This document shows, piece after piece, positions 18,624 to 29,392 of a stretch of DNA of 64,000 nucleotides (the first letter of the stretch is position 1; the number at the start of each line of letters is the position of its first letter). The DNA is taken from NCBI GenBank assembly GCA_963845515.1, contig CAWJSR010000049.1:1-64000 (forward strand). The letters run 5' to 3'. The position numbers and the translations under genes are program-made. The notes below the pieces were generated by a model, which saw only the letters and a list, made by a program, of their open reading frames with translations, did not search any database and was not told the DNA's origin. The stretch is from an uncultured delta proteobacterium. Lineage in GTDB: Bacteria > Myxococcota > Myxococcia > Myxococcales > Anaeromyxobacteraceae.

Positions 18624-20906
18624 ATGGATCGCCGACAGCCACGCGGTGGGATGGGGCTGACTGCACGCACCGCGTCGGCGGTCGCGGCGGTCTTCATCCC
18701 CTTCGTCGCCGCGCTGGTCTATCTCTCGCTGGAGTACTTCGAGCGCCAGTTCGAGGCCGGGATCGCGGGCCAGCAGCTCGTGCTCACCTCGCGGGTCGCG
18801 ACCGACCTCGATCAGCGGCTCGGGGCGATGAAGGACACGCTGGACACGATCTCCCGTGCGGTCGAGCCCCGCTTACTGAAGGACGCCGCGGCCGGCCAGC
18901 GCTTCCTCGACGACCGGATGACGCTCCACCTCCTCTTCGACGAGGGACTCCGCCTCGTCTCGACCGACGGGAAGGTGCTGGTCCAGAGTCCGACCGCTCC
19001 CGGGGCCCGCGGAGCCGACCTGCGGGAGGACGACGCGTGGAGCGGAGTCGCGCGCACCGCGCGCCCGTTCATCTCGCAGCCGTTCGCGTCGGCACACAGC
19101 CCCGGCTCCGTGGCGATCACCGTCGCCGTTCCGGTCCGCGACGGAGGCGGCGCCGTGGTCGGCCAGCTGCACGGGGCGGTCCGCGTGGATGGCGCGAACG
19201 TCGCCGGCGACCTCGCGAAGCTCGCGATCGGCAAGGCGGGCTACTTCGTGATCGTGACCCGCGCCCGCCTGCGCGTGAGCCACCCCGATCCGACGCGCGT
19301 GCTCAAGTTCGTGCCCCCTGGCGGCAACCCCGTGGTGGATCGGGCGATCGACGGGGGGTTCGAGGGCTTCATGGAGACGACCAGCACGACCGGGCTCCGC
19401 CTGCTCGCGACAGTGAGGCGGCTCTCCGCCGCCGACTGGTTCGTCTTCGCCAACATGCCGATGGAGGAGGTCCGCGCCCCCTTCAGCGCGGCCCGAGCGC
19501 TCTACGCCTGGGTGGTCGCGGCGGGAGCGGCGCTCCTCGTGGTCGCTGTCTGGCTCTCGCTCCGGCGCGTGACCCACCCTCTGGTCGAGATGACGGAGGC
19601 GGTCGAGCGGATCGCGGCCAACCCGGCGGTTGGACAGCGGATCGGCCGCGCAGGCGCGGGGGAGGTCGGGCGGCTCGCAGGCTCGTTCGATCGCCTGCTC
19701 GAGGGGCTCGACGCCCGCGACGCGGACCGGCGCCAGGCCGAGGCCGAGCGGCGGCTGCTCGAGGAGCGGCTCCAGGCGCAGCAGCGGCTGGACAGCCTCG
19801 GGGTCCTCGCCGGCGGCATCGCGCACGACTTCAACAACCTGCTGACGCCCATCATCGCCAACGCCACCCTGGCCATGGAGGATCTCCCTTCCGGCCACGC
19901 GCTCCGCGCCGACATGCAGGAGATCGTCACGGCCGCGCGCCACGGCGCCGACCTCGCGCGACGGATCCTCGCCTTCAGCCGCCGGCAGGTGCTCCAGACC
20001 CAGGTGATCGACCTCAACGCCGAGCTGCGCGCGCTGGAGAAGACGCTCCGCAGCGCGGTCGGCGAGGAGGTGGAGCTGCGGGTGGAGCCGGTGGGGGTCG
20101 CGGCGTACGTCCGGGCGGACCCGACGCAGCTGCAGCAGGCGGTGCTCAACCTGGCGGTCAACGCCAGGGAGGCGATGCCTGGCGGGGGGAAGCTCACCGT
20201 CACCGTCGCGGTGCCGGGGCTCGACGGGAAGACCCCATGGGTCGCCCGGAGGCGGCCGGAGGGGCGCTACGTCCTCCTGACGGTCTCCGACACCGGCGTG
20301 GGGATCGACGCGGCGACCCTGCCGCGGATCTTCGAGCCGTTCTTCACGACCAAGGGGAGCGCGAAGGGGACGGGGCTCGGGCTGGCCACCGTTCACGGGA
20401 TCGTCCAGCAGCACGGCGGCGACGTGGAGGTCGCCAGCACCCCCGGCGCCGGGACCACCTTCCGGCTCTACCTGCCGCTGGCCGCTGAGGCCGCCACGGC
20501 CGCGGGGGCGGAGGGCGCGGCCGCGCCGCAGGTGCGCCTGCGGATCTTCCTCGTCGAGGACGAGCCGACGGTGCGCGCGCTGGCCGGGCGGATCCTGCGG
20601 CGCGCCGGCCACGACGTCGCCACGGCGGCGACGCCGGCCGAGGCGCTGGCGGCGACGGGCGGGACGCCGCCAGATCTGCTGGTGACCGACGTACTGCTCC
20701 CGGAGATGGACGGGATAGAGCTGCACCGCAGGCTCGCCCTGCGGTGGCCCGGCCTGCGCGTGCTCTTCATGTCGGGCTTCCCCGGCGGCCACGCCCGGCT
20801 CGAGGAGGCGATCGCACGCGGCGAGCACTTCCTCCAGAAGCCCTTCGGTCCCGGCGAGCTGCTCGAGAGGGTGCGCGCCGCGGCGGAGTCGCCGCCGGTC
20901 ACCTGA
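18624..20906 (+). CDS. Hybrid sensor histidine kinase (Cache-HAMP-HisKA-HATPase-REC)
   Basis: Two TMs flank a periplasmic domain. LAGGIAHDFNNLL, NLAVNAREAM, FEPFFTTK, GTGLGLA and receiver LVEDE...TDVLLP...KPF. Confidence 0.92.
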   Translation: MDRRQPRGGMGLTARTASAVAAVFIPFVAALVYLSLEYFERQFEAGIAGQQLVLTSRVATDLDQRLGAMKDTLDTISRAVEPRLLKDAAAGQRFLDDRMTLHLLFDEGLRLVSTDGKVLVQSPTAPGARGADLREDDAWSGVARTARPFISQPFASAHSPGSVAITVAVPVRDGGGAVVGQLHGAVRVDGANVAGDLAKLAIGKAGYFVIVTRARLRVSHPDPTRVLKFVPPGGNPVVDRAIDGGFEGFMETTSTTGLRLLATVRRLSAADWFVFANMPMEEVRAPFSAARALYAWVVAAGAALLVVAVWLSLRRVTHPLVEMTEAVERIAANPAVGQRIGRAGAGEVGRLAGSFDRLLEGLDARDADRRQAEAERRLLEERLQAQQRLDSLGVLAGGIAHDFNNLLTPIIANATLAMEDLPSGHALRADMQEIVTAARHGADLARRILAFSRRQVLQTQVIDLNAELRALEKTLRSAVGEEVELRVEPVGVAAYVRADPTQLQQAVLNLAVNAREAMPGGGKLTVTVAVPGLDGKTPWVARRRPEGRYVLLTVSDTGVGIDAATLPRIFEPFFTTKGSAKGTGLGLATVHGIVQQHGGDVEVASTPGAGTTFRLYLPLAAEAATAAGAEGAAAPQVRLRIFLVEDEPTVRALAGRILRRAGHDVATAATPAEALAATGGTPPDLLVTDVLLPEMDGIELHRRLALRWPGLRVLFMSGFPGGHARLEEAIARGEHFLQKPFGPGELLERVRAAAESPPVT

Positions 20907-21345
20907 TCCAGGCGAGCCGCGGCCAGCTCCCCTCGTCCTCGACGTCCAGGCAGGCGACGGTGCCGGGTGGCACGGGCACCTCGCGGCCGGCCAGGAACGC
21001 CACCGCGTCCGAGATCTCCGGGTTGTGGCCGACGATGAGCGTTCCGTCGCCACGAACCCTGGCGATCCGGATCAGCTCCTGCGCGCTGGAGCGCCCGGAG
21101 CCGAGCGCGTCCTCGGCCTCGATGGGGGCGCCGGTCGCGGCGGCGAGCAGCTCGGCGGTCTCACGCGCCCGGGCGTAGGGCGAGGTCAGGATCCGCGAGA
21201 CCCTCGCCTCGGCGGCGAGCGCCGCCGCGCGGGCGCGGAAGGCGGCGCGCCCCTCTGGCGTCAGGCGGCGCGCTGTGTCACCCAGCGGGTGGCTGGCCTC
21301 GGCCTGTGCGTGGCGCACCAGGAAGAGCCTCAGGGGGGCGCTCAT
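20899..21345 (-). CDS. sixA: SixA-like phosphohistidine phosphatase
   Basis: LFLVRHAQAE, RRLTPEG, SPYARARETAE, IVGHNPEI. Overlaps the malQ stop. Confidence 0.8.
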   Translation of the reverse strand: MSAPLRLFLVRHAQAEASHPLGDTARRLTPEGRAAFRARAAALAAEARVSRILTSPYARARETAELLAAATGAPIEAEDALGSGRSSAQELIRIARVRGDGTLIVGHNPEISDAVAFLAGREVPVPPGTVACLDVEDEGSWPRLAWIR

Positions 21346-22904
21346 GTCGAGGGGACGCGGTCGTGGGAGAGCGCGAGCGCCCGGAGCCGGGCCGCGATGC
21401 CGGCGTCGGCGGCCAGCTCCGCCAGGCTGGTGGACATGCGCCAGGTCCAGTTCAGCTCGTTGACGGTCCCCGGGACGTTGATCCGGTCGCGCTCTCCGAG
21501 GAGGTCCTGGAACGGGAGCAGCAGCAGGTCGGAGCCGGCGCCGTACACCAGGTCCAGCAGCGCGTCGCGCACCCCATCGTCGAACCGGGAGGCGCCGCGT
21601 GCCTTGAGCGCCGCGAGGGGAGGCAGGTCGAGGAGCTGGGCGCGCTCGCCGGGCTCGAGCGCGTCGAACCAGTCGGCGCTCGTGTCGGTGTCGTGGGTGC
21701 CGGTGGTCGCCACCGAGAGCGTCGGCCACCGCGCGGGATCGCGGAAGTGGTCCCCGCCCGTCTCCCAGCTCTTCTCCCAGCGCAGCACGCGATAGCCGGG
21801 GATGCCCACGCGACCCAGCGACGCCCGCACGAAGTCGGGGACCGTGCCGAGGTCCTCGGCGATCACCCGGGCGCGCTTCGCGAAGATGCCGAGGACCGCC
21901 TCGCCGTTCTGCACCTGCGCCGGCTCGTCCGCGGGGACGAACGCGGGCGGGCCGCCGTCGTTCGGGTAGAAGTAGGTGCGGTAGAGACCGACGACGTGGT
22001 CGACGCGATAGGCGCCGTAGAGCTCGGCCATCCTCCGCGCCCGCTCACGTATCCACGGGTGGTCCTCCTGCTGCATCAGGTCCCAGCGGTACACCGGGAG
22101 CCCCCAGTCCTGTCCCGTGGCGCTGAAGGCGTCCGGGGGGACGCCGACCCGCGCGTCGAGCCGGAAGTCGCGGCGGCGCGCCCAGACGTCGGCCGAGTCG
22201 GCGGCGACCATGAACGGGAGATCGCCACAGAGGTCGACGCCGGCCGCCCGGCAGAGGCGGCGGGCGTCCTGCCACTGACGGTCGAGCACCCACTGGGTCC
22301 AGGCGTGGAAGAGGACGCGGCGCGAGAGCCGCCCACGGTGGTCGGCGAGGACGCCAGGCTCGCGGTCGCGCAGCTCCTTCGGCCAGGCGAGCCAGGGCTC
22401 GCCGCCGAAGTGGTCGTCGTGGAGCGAGACGAAGAGCGAGTAGTCCTCGAGCCAGCGGGCGTTCGCCTCGGCGAAGCGGGCCAGGTTGCGCGCACGGTCG
22501 GTGCGGCGGGACCACTCGCGCCTGTGGAACGAGGCGAAGGCGAGCTCCAGCGCGCTCTGCTTGAGCCGCCGCGCGTCGTCCCAGCGGACGGTCGGGGCGT
22601 CGCGGAGCTCCTCGACGAGCCGCTGGTCGGCGGGCGAGAGCGCGCCGATGCCCCCGGCGGCGTCGAAGTCCTCCAGCGCCTCCACCGCCGCGTACACGGG
22701 GTCGATGGCGAAGGCGGTGAGGGCGGCGTAGGGGCTGTTCTGCCCCCGGGAGACCTCGTTCACCGGGAGGACCTGGAGCAGCGAGAACCCGGCCGACGCG
22801 CTCCAGCGGGCGAACGGGGCGAGGTCCGGGATCTCCCCGACGCCCCAGCTCGCGCCGGTGCGGATGGAGAAGAGGGGGATGAGGACGCCAGCCTGCCGGG
22901 CCAT
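21342..22904 (-). CDS. malQ: 4-alpha-glucanotransferase (GH77)
   Basis: GVLIPLFS, SPY, GDLPF, GVPPDAFSATGQDWGLP, RVDHVVG, IAEDLG, TGTHD, RINVPGT. Confidence 0.92.
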   Translation of the reverse strand: MARQAGVLIPLFSIRTGASWGVGEIPDLAPFARWSASAGFSLLQVLPVNEVSRGQNSPYAALTAFAIDPVYAAVEALEDFDAAGGIGALSPADQRLVEELRDAPTVRWDDARRLKQSALELAFASFHRREWSRRTDRARNLARFAEANARWLEDYSLFVSLHDDHFGGEPWLAWPKELRDREPGVLADHRGRLSRRVLFHAWTQWVLDRQWQDARRLCRAAGVDLCGDLPFMVAADSADVWARRRDFRLDARVGVPPDAFSATGQDWGLPVYRWDLMQQEDHPWIRERARRMAELYGAYRVDHVVGLYRTYFYPNDGGPPAFVPADEPAQVQNGEAVLGIFAKRARVIAEDLGTVPDFVRASLGRVGIPGYRVLRWEKSWETGGDHFRDPARWPTLSVATTGTHDTDTSADWFDALEPGERAQLLDLPPLAALKARGASRFDDGVRDALLDLVYGAGSDLLLLPFQDLLGERDRINVPGTVNELNWTWRMSTSLAELAADAGIAARLRALALSHDRVPST

Positions 22905-22982
22905 CGGCCGCAAGCTACCGGGTATCCGGGGCCGTGACGAGTCTTTGCCCGCGCCCCGCCGAGGTGCCTGGCGTCCGGGGGG

Positions 22983-23276
22983 TCAGCCCCCCGCGAGCAG
23001 CGCGTCGAGCGCCGCGCGCGACGCTCCGTCGACGTGCCCGCGCGCCAGCTCCGCCGCGGTCCGCTTGGCGATTGCGATGGAGCCGGAGTCGTCGAGGAGC
23101 TCGTGCGAGGTTCCGTCCCCGAGCCGGCACCGGCAGACCCAGCCCTTCGAGCTCTGCTCCAGCTCGAGCCGGGGGAGGGCGAAGCCCGACGCGACGCTGC
23201 CGTCGAGGTTCAGCGCCCAGCCGGTGGGAGTCCTACCCCACGCCGGGCCTGCAGCGGTGGCGGCGTGCGGGCTCAG
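22983..23276 (-). CDS. Small hypothetical protein (97 aa) with a probable CTG start; absent from the ORF track
   Basis: Open frame (M)SPHAATAAGPAWGRTPTGWALNLDG...LDALLAGG* with GC3-rich codons. CTG overlaps the upstream TGA (CTGA) and follows GGAGGAGG by 4 nt. Confidence 0.55.
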   Translation of the reverse strand: MSPHAATAAGPAWGRTPTGWALNLDGSVASGFALPRLELEQSSKGWVCRCRLGDGTSHELLDDSGSIAIAKRTAAELARGHVDGASRAALDALLAGG

Positions 23277-24226
23277 GCGTCCTCCTCCACCACCGCGTTC
23301 GCGGCGGGGCGGACCGCCGCGCGCGTCGTCACGACCGTGAGGAACGACTCCACGTCGATCAGGTCGATCGCGCCGATCGGGCGCAGCTTCTCGAGGAGCT
23401 GCTCGCCGGACTTCAGGAGCGTGGAGTAGGTGGTCCAGTTGGGATCGGCGGCGAAGCGCAGCTCGAGGCCGAGGCGGTGAGCCGCCTGGCTGGTGAGCTT
23501 CGGGCGGAGCAGCATGTGGCGCTCCGGCTGCGCGATGAACGGCAGCAGCGTGACGAGCTGCCAGCCTCGCGAGCTCTCCTCCGCTGGGAAGGCCGCGACC
23601 GCTGCGGCGAGCGCTTCGAAGCCGGCCCGCTCCGGCGTCGCCGCGGCCAGCGTCTCGAAGAGGGCGGTGAAGAACGGCTTCGCGACGGCTGCATCCTCCA
23701 GGCCGCCGGAGAGCGTCGCCTTGTCCGCGCCCGCCTGGTTGGCGCCCGCCAGCTTCTCGATGGCGAGCGTCTCGGTGACCAGCTTCGCCACGTCGTCGGC
23801 GGCGAGCAGGCGTTCCCCCTCGCCGTTGCCGAACGCCTCTACGAAGGCCGTGTGCGCCCGGCGGATCCTGGCGGGGCGAGCCTGCCGCCCCTTCCCGTCA
23901 CCCGTGTAGAGCGGATCGGCGAACCCCTTGGGGTAGGCCTCCAGGAACCGGGAGACCGCCTCCTCGTGGGGGATCCAGGTCTCCGCGAAGCCATAGCGAC
24001 CGGTCGCCGCGTCGAGGGAGAAGGCGGAGACGCCGCCGAGCCACACCCGCTCGCTCGGGCCCGCCGGCTTGAGGAGGGAGGCGGCGGCTGGCAGCCGCAG
24101 CTTCGCAGCGAAGCGGCTGTCCCGGCCGACGAAGAAGACGTGGACGGCCTTCGGCTCCAGCGCGACGACCTTGCCTAGCCCCAGCGAAGCGTGCTGGACC
24201 AGCATGCCCTTCTCGAAATCGCTCAT
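23273..24226 (-). CDS. DUF3553-like hypothetical protein (small beta N-terminal domain plus helical domain)
   Basis: GMLVQHASLGLGKVVALE N-terminus; FLEAYPKGFADPLY and WQLVTLLPFIAQPERHMLLRP look conserved. RBS AAGGGG. Confidence 0.55.
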   Translation of the reverse strand: MSDFEKGMLVQHASLGLGKVVALEPKAVHVFFVGRDSRFAAKLRLPAAASLLKPAGPSERVWLGGVSAFSLDAATGRYGFAETWIPHEEAVSRFLEAYPKGFADPLYTGDGKGRQARPARIRRAHTAFVEAFGNGEGERLLAADDVAKLVTETLAIEKLAGANQAGADKATLSGGLEDAAVAKPFFTALFETLAAATPERAGFEALAAAVAAFPAEESSRGWQLVTLLPFIAQPERHMLLRPKLTSQAAHRLGLELRFAADPNWTTYSTLLKSGEQLLEKLRPIGAIDLIDVESFLTVVTTRAAVRPAANAVVEEDA

Positions 24227-24512
24227 CGTTGACCCCTTCGGGTTCCTGCGAAGTGGACGCGACCGGGCCGGTAGCCCGCTGCGATGAGCGCGGGGCCGCC
24301 TGGGGATGCGGACGGGATCGTGGGTGGAAGCGCCGAGGGACTAGCGGCAGAGTGAGCGCCCAAGACCGTCGCTCGGGCAATGAAGCTTATACCCCCGGAT
24401 CGCGCGCCGCGCCTGCCCCGGTCGAGCCGGGCCCCTTTCGTGCGCGCGCCGGGCGGGCTCGGTAAGGGATCTTTGGCTGCCGGGGGCACGGAGGGCGGCC
24501 GGAGGGAACCGG

Positions 24513-25427
24513 ATGTCGATCCCGCTCGAGATGAGCCGGCCGGTGCCCGGGCATCCGCCCTGGCTCAAGGTGATGGCCGGTGCTGGCGAGCGCTACGAGC
24601 GCGTGCGAGCCACGCTCTCGCGCCTGCGCCTGGAGACGGTCTGCCGGGCAGCCCGCTGCCCGAACGTCGGTGAGTGCTGGGGCGGGGGCACGGCGACGGT
24701 GATGCTGATGGGACCGGCCTGCACGCGCGGCTGCCGCTTCTGCCAGGTGACCAGCCTCGCCCGACCCCCGCCGCCGGATCCCGACGAGCCGCGCCGGGTG
24801 GCGGAGGCCGTCCGGGAGCTGGGGCTCGACTACGTGGTCGTGACGAGCGTCGACCGCGACGACCTCCCCGACGGCGGCGCGGGGCACTTCGCGGAGACGC
24901 TACGGCGGCTCGCCGGCATCCCGCGGCTCCTCGTCGAGGTCCTGACCCCCGACTTCCGAGGCGACCCCGAGGCGGTCCGCGTGGTGGGGCGCGCGGCCCC
25001 CACCGTCTTCGCCACCAACCTCGAGACGACCCGGCGCCTGACGCCCCGCGTGCGGGACCCCAGGGCCGGCTACGACCAGACGCTCCGGGTGCTCGCCCAG
25101 GTCCGGCGGGAGTTCCCGGCGATCGTGACCAAGTCCTCCCTCATGGTCGGCCTCGGGGAGACGGACGCGGAGGTCGAGGAGACGCTGCGCGATCTGCGCG
25201 ACGTCGGGGTCGGGATCGTGACGCTGGGGCAGTACCTCCGGCCATCGGCTCGGCATCTGCCGGTGGCGGAGTACGTCACGCCGGCGAAGTTCGAGGCGTA
25301 CCGCGAAGCGGGCAGGAGGCTCGGCTTCCGGTACGTGGCGAGCGGGCCGCTCGTGCGGTCCAGCTATCGCGCCGGGGAGCTCTTCGTCCGGGGGGAGATC
25401 GGAGCGCCACATGCCGCGGGTGCTTGA
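24513..25427 (+). CDS. lipA: Lipoyl synthase
   Basis: CX4CX5C ([12 protein letters not shown]), radical-[37 protein letters not shown]. Confidence 0.95.
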   Translation: MSIPLEMSRPVPGHPPWLKVMAGAGERYERVRATLSRLRLETVCRAARCPNVGECWGGGTATVMLMGPACTRGCRFCQVTSLARPPPPDPDEPRRVAEAVRELGLDYVVVTSVDRDDLPDGGAGHFAETLRRLAGIPRLLVEVLTPDFRGDPEAVRVVGRAAPTVFATNLETTRRLTPRVRDPRAGYDQTLRVLAQVRREFPAIVTKSSLMVGLGETDAEVEETLRDLRDVGVGIVTLGQYLRPSARHLPVAEYVTPAKFEAYREAGRRLGFRYVASGPLVRSSYRAGELFVRGEIGAPHAAGA

Positions 25428-26611
25428 CCTCGACGCGCACAGGCGCGGGCGCGACCTGACGCCGGCGTCGCCGTCGTCGGCTCCGCCGGGACGCTTCGCG
25501 CAGGAGCTCCCGATCACGTCGGTCATGCGCGAGGACGGCACCGCCGCGCCCGGCGAGCTCTCCCTCTCCGACGTGGAGATCCTGAGGCTCTACCGGCTGA
25601 TGCTCCGTGAGCGGCTCCTCGACGAGCGCATGGTCAGCCTGCAGCGCCAGGGGCGGCTCGGCTTCTACATCGGGTCCTTCGGGGAGGAGGCCGCCGTGTT
25701 CGGCTCGGCCGCCGCGATGGAGGAGCGCGACTGGATCTTCCCGTGCTACCGCGAGCACGGCGCCGCGCTCCTGCGTGGGATGCCGCTCGCCACCTTCGTC
25801 TGCCAGCTCCTCGGGAACGCGGGCGACCCGATGAAGGGGCACCAGATGCCGTGCCACGAGGCGTGGCCTGCCGGTCGCTACGCGTCCGTCAGCTCTCCGA
25901 TCGCCACCCAGATCCCGCACGCGGTGGGGCTGGCGCTGGCGGCCCGGCTCAAGAAGGACGACGTCGTGCCGCTCGTCTACTTCGGCGACGGGGCGACTAG
26001 CGCCGAGGGCTTCCACGTCGGTCTCAACTTCGCCGGCGTGCTGAGGGCCCCCGTAGTGCTCCTCTGCCGCAACAACGGCTGGGCCATCAGCGTCCCGGTG
26101 GAGAGGCAGACGGCGTCCGAGACCCTCGCGCAGAAGGCGCTCGCCTACGGCGTCGCCGCGGAGCGCGTCGACGGGAACGACCTGCTCGCGGTGTACGACG
26201 CGACGCGACGCGCGCGGGCCCGGGCGTCGGCCGGGGAGGGGCCGACCATGATCGAGGCGGTCACCTACCGGCTCGAGGGGCACTCCACCTCGGACGATCC
26301 GCGCGTCTACCGCCCGGAGGCGCTGGTCGAGCCGTGGCGGCGCCGGGACCCGCTGCTGCGCCTCGGCGCCTTCCTCGAGAGGCGCGGCGCGCTCACGGCG
26401 GCCGCGCGGGGGGCGCTCGTGGACGAGGTCAAGGCGGAGATCCAGCAGGCCGTCGTCGAGGCGGAGGCGCTTCCCGCCGAAGCCGGCGGTCGAGACGCTC
26501 TTCGCCGACGTCTACGCCGAGCCGCTCAGGCAGCAGCGCGAGCAGCTCGACGAGCTCCGCGCCGCCATCGCGGCGGATCCTCGCGTGGCCGGTGGGCCGG
26601 AGGGGGGCTGA
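25411..26611 (+). CDS. 2-oxo-acid dehydrogenase E1 alpha (branched-chain or pyruvate type); apparent +1 frameshift near 26474
   Basis: [29 protein letters not shown]. Removing one C in CTTCCCGCCG restores ...[17 protein letters not shown]...GPEGG* with TGA 26609-26611 overlapping the beta ATG. Confidence 0.88.
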
Positions 26612-27585
26612 TGCCGACCCTGAACGTCATCCAGGCCGTGAACGACGCGCTCCGCACCGAGATGCGGCGCGACCCCGACGTGGTCGTCCTCGGCGAGGAC
26701 GTCGGGCGGTTCGGCGGAGTCTTCCGCGCCACGCAGGGGCTCCAGGAGGAGTTCGGAGGCGACCGCGTCGTCGACACGCCGCTCACCGAGGGGGGGATCG
26801 TCGGCACGGCGGTGGGGATGGCGCTCTACGGGCTCAAGCCGGTGCCGGAGGTGCAGTTCGCCGACTTCATCTTCCCCGCGCTCGACCAGATCGTGAACGA
26901 GGTCGCGAAGTACCGCTACCGGTCCGGTGGGGGGCTCGGCTGTCCGCTGGTGATCCGCGCGCCTTACGGCGGCGGGATCCGCGGCGGCCACTACCACTCC
27001 CAGTCACCGGAGGCGCACTTCATCCACACGGCCGGGCTCAAGGTGGTCGTCCCGTCCAACCCCTACGACGCGAAGGGGCTCCTCATCAGCGCGATCCGCG
27101 ACCCCGACCCAGTCCTCTTCTTCGAGCCGAAGCGGGTCTACCGCGCCGCCCGCGGCGAGGTGCCGGAGGGCGACTACACCGTCCCGATCGGGAAGGCGCG
27201 CGTGACCAGGCGGGGGGCGCAGGTCACCCTCCTCGCGTGGGGAGCCATGTGGCACGAGGCGGACCGCGCGGCCCGCGAGGCGGAGGCCGAGGGGATCGAC
27301 TGCGAGGTCATCGACCTGCGGTCGCTCCAGCCGCTCGACCTGGACGCCATCGTGGAGTCGGTCGCGAAGACCGGGAGGGCGGTGATCGTCCACGAGGCGC
27401 CGCGCACGTGCGGGTTCGGCGGGGAGCTCTCCGCGCTGCTGCAGGAGCGCTGCTTCGTCCACCTCCAGGCCCCGATCACCCGGGTGACCGGCTTCGACAC
27501 GCCCTTCCCTTACGCGCTCGAGCAGGAGTACCTGCCCCGCGCGCCCCGCATCCTGCAGGCGGTCCGCGAGACCGCGAGGTTCTGA
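26611..27585 (+). CDS. 2-oxo-acid dehydrogenase E1 beta
   Basis: [63 protein letters not shown]. Confidence 0.92.
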   Translation: MPTLNVIQAVNDALRTEMRRDPDVVVLGEDVGRFGGVFRATQGLQEEFGGDRVVDTPLTEGGIVGTAVGMALYGLKPVPEVQFADFIFPALDQIVNEVAKYRYRSGGGLGCPLVIRAPYGGGIRGGHYHSQSPEAHFIHTAGLKVVVPSNPYDAKGLLISAIRDPDPVLFFEPKRVYRAARGEVPEGDYTVPIGKARVTRRGAQVTLLAWGAMWHEADRAAREAEAEGIDCEVIDLRSLQPLDLDAIVESVAKTGRAVIVHEAPRTCGFGGELSALLQERCFVHLQAPITRVTGFDTPFPYALEQEYLPRAPRILQAVRETARF

Positions 27586-27599
27586 GGGGGACCAGCGCC

Positions 27600-28727
27600 A
27601 TGACGTTCTCGATCGACCTGCCGGACCTGGGCGAAGGGATCGTGGAGGCCGAGGTGCAGCGGTGGCTCGTCCGGCCCGACGACGAGGTGGCCGAGGAGCA
27701 GCCGGTCGTGGAGGTGATGACCGACAAGGCGACGGTGACCATCCCGTCCCCCCGCCGCGGGCGGGTGACGAAGCTCCTCTGGAAGGAGGGAGAGATCGCG
27801 CCGGTGCACGCTCCGCTCCTGGAGCTGGAGGGCGCCTCGCCGGCTGCCGTGGCGACCGCGCGGACGGCCGCAGCCGCGACCCCGGCGGTACGCGCGGCGG
27901 CGCGGCAGCGCGGGATCGAGCTCGACACGGTGACCGGCACCGGGCCGGGCGGCCGGGTGACGATGCAGGATCTCGACGCACGCGCGGCCGGGGCCCAGGC
28001 GCCGGCCGCGCCCGCGCCCGCGCAGAAAGTCGAGGTGGTCCCGCTCCGCGGGCTCCGCCGCCGGATCGCGGAGCGGACGGCGCTCTCGGTGCGGACGGCC
28101 GCCCACTTCACGTTCGTCGAGCAGGTCGACGTCACGGAGCTGACCCGGGTGAAGGAGCGCGCCGCCGCCGCAGCGCAGGAGCAGGGGGTCAAGGTCTCCT
28201 TCCTGCCGTTCGTGGTGAAGGCCGCGGTGGCGGCGCTGAAGGAGCACCCAATGCTCAACGCGTCGCTCGACGAGGCGAAGGGCGAGCTGCACGTGAAGCG
28301 CTGGTACGACATCGGCATCGCGACGGCGACCGACGACGGGCTCATGGTGCCGGTGGTGCGTCGCGCCGACGAGCGCGCGCTCCTCGACCTCGCCCGGGAG
28401 ATCGACCGGCTGGCGACCGAGGCGAAGGCGCGCAAGGGGCGGCCCGAGGACATGGGTGGGTCCACCTTCACCGTCACGAGCCTGGGCGCGCTCGGCGGCC
28501 TCTTCGCGACGCCGGTCATCAACTACCCTGAGGTGGCCATCCTGGGCGTGCACCGGATCAGGCCGACGCCGGTGGTCCGGGACGGCCAGGTGGTCGTGAG
28601 GGACGTGCTGTACGTCTCGCTCACCAGCGACCACCGCGTGGTCGACGGCGACGCCGCGGCCGCCTTCACCCACGCGCTGATCCGATACCTGGAAGACCCG
28701 TCCCTCCTGTTCGGGGAGTACTCGTAG
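27600..28727 (+). CDS. Dihydrolipoamide acyltransferase E2
   Basis: Lipoyl domain EVMTDKATV, E3-binding ATPAVR...GTGPGGRVT, catalytic SDHRVVDG. Confidence 0.92.
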   Translation: MTFSIDLPDLGEGIVEAEVQRWLVRPDDEVAEEQPVVEVMTDKATVTIPSPRRGRVTKLLWKEGEIAPVHAPLLELEGASPAAVATARTAAAATPAVRAAARQRGIELDTVTGTGPGGRVTMQDLDARAAGAQAPAAPAPAQKVEVVPLRGLRRRIAERTALSVRTAAHFTFVEQVDVTELTRVKERAAAAAQEQGVKVSFLPFVVKAAVAALKEHPMLNASLDEAKGELHVKRWYDIGIATATDDGLMVPVVRRADERALLDLAREIDRLATEAKARKGRPEDMGGSTFTVTSLGALGGLFATPVINYPEVAILGVHRIRPTPVVRDGQVVVRDVLYVSLTSDHRVVDGDAAAAFTHALIRYLEDPSLLFGEYS

Positions 28728-28729
28728 CC

Positions 28730-29392
28730 ATGCGCACCCTCGAGGTCCAGAGGACGGGGCGCATCGCCTACGGCACGGGGCTCTCGCTGATGAAGTCGGC
28801 CGCGGCGCGGGTCAGAGCGGGCGACCCGCCGCAGACCGACCGGCTCCTCCTGCTCGAGCACCCTCCGGTGCTCACCCTCGGCGGCGGCGCGAGCAGCGCG
28901 GACGTCGTCGCGTCGCCGGAGTGGCTCGCGCGCAACGGGTTCGAGGTCCACGAGATCGACCGCGGCGGCGCAGCGACCTACCACGGCCCTGGTCAGGCGG
29001 TCGGGTACCCGGTCGTCGACCTGCGGGACCGGCCGGACGTCCGCCGCTTCGTCCACGATCTGGAGGAGGCGATGATCCGAGCCTGCGCCGACTTCGGCGT
29101 CGAGGCGGGGCGCCACCCCGCCCACCGCGGCGCGTGGGTGGGTTCGCGGAAGATCGGCGCGGTCGGGGTGCGGCTGGAGGGCTGGCTCTCGACCCACGGC
29201 TTCGCGCTGAACGTCGCGCCCGACCTCTCCCACTTCGCCGCCATCGTGCCGTGCGGGATCACCGACCCGGGGCTCGGCGTCACGAGCCTCGCCGCCGAGC
29301 TGCGCGGCCGGGGGCGGCCCGCGCCGCCGCTGTCGGACGTGCAGGAGCGGCTCGCGCACCACCTGGCGCGGATCCTGGGGCGCGCGCGCTAG
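28730..29392 (+). CDS. lipB: Octanoyltransferase
   Basis: LLLEHPPVLTLG, DRGGAATYHGPGQ, RKIGAVG, HGFALNV, IVPCGI. Confidence 0.93.
   Translation: MRTLEVQRTGRIAYGTGLSLMKSAAARVRAGDPPQTDRLLLLEHPPVLTLGGGASSADVVASPEWLARNGFEVHEIDRGGAATYHGPGQAVGYPVVDLRDRPDVRRFVHDLEEAMIRACADFGVEAGRHPAHRGAWVGSRKIGAVGVRLEGWLSTHGFALNVAPDLSHFAAIVPCGITDPGLGVTSLAAELRGRGRPAPPLSDVQERLAHHLARILGRAR

Noticed and set aside
25411..27585. Apparent 724-aa E1 alpha-beta fusion
   Set aside because: One extra C near 26474 explains it. The other frame holds the normal alpha C-terminus (ETLFADVY) ending in a TGATG overlap with the beta start.
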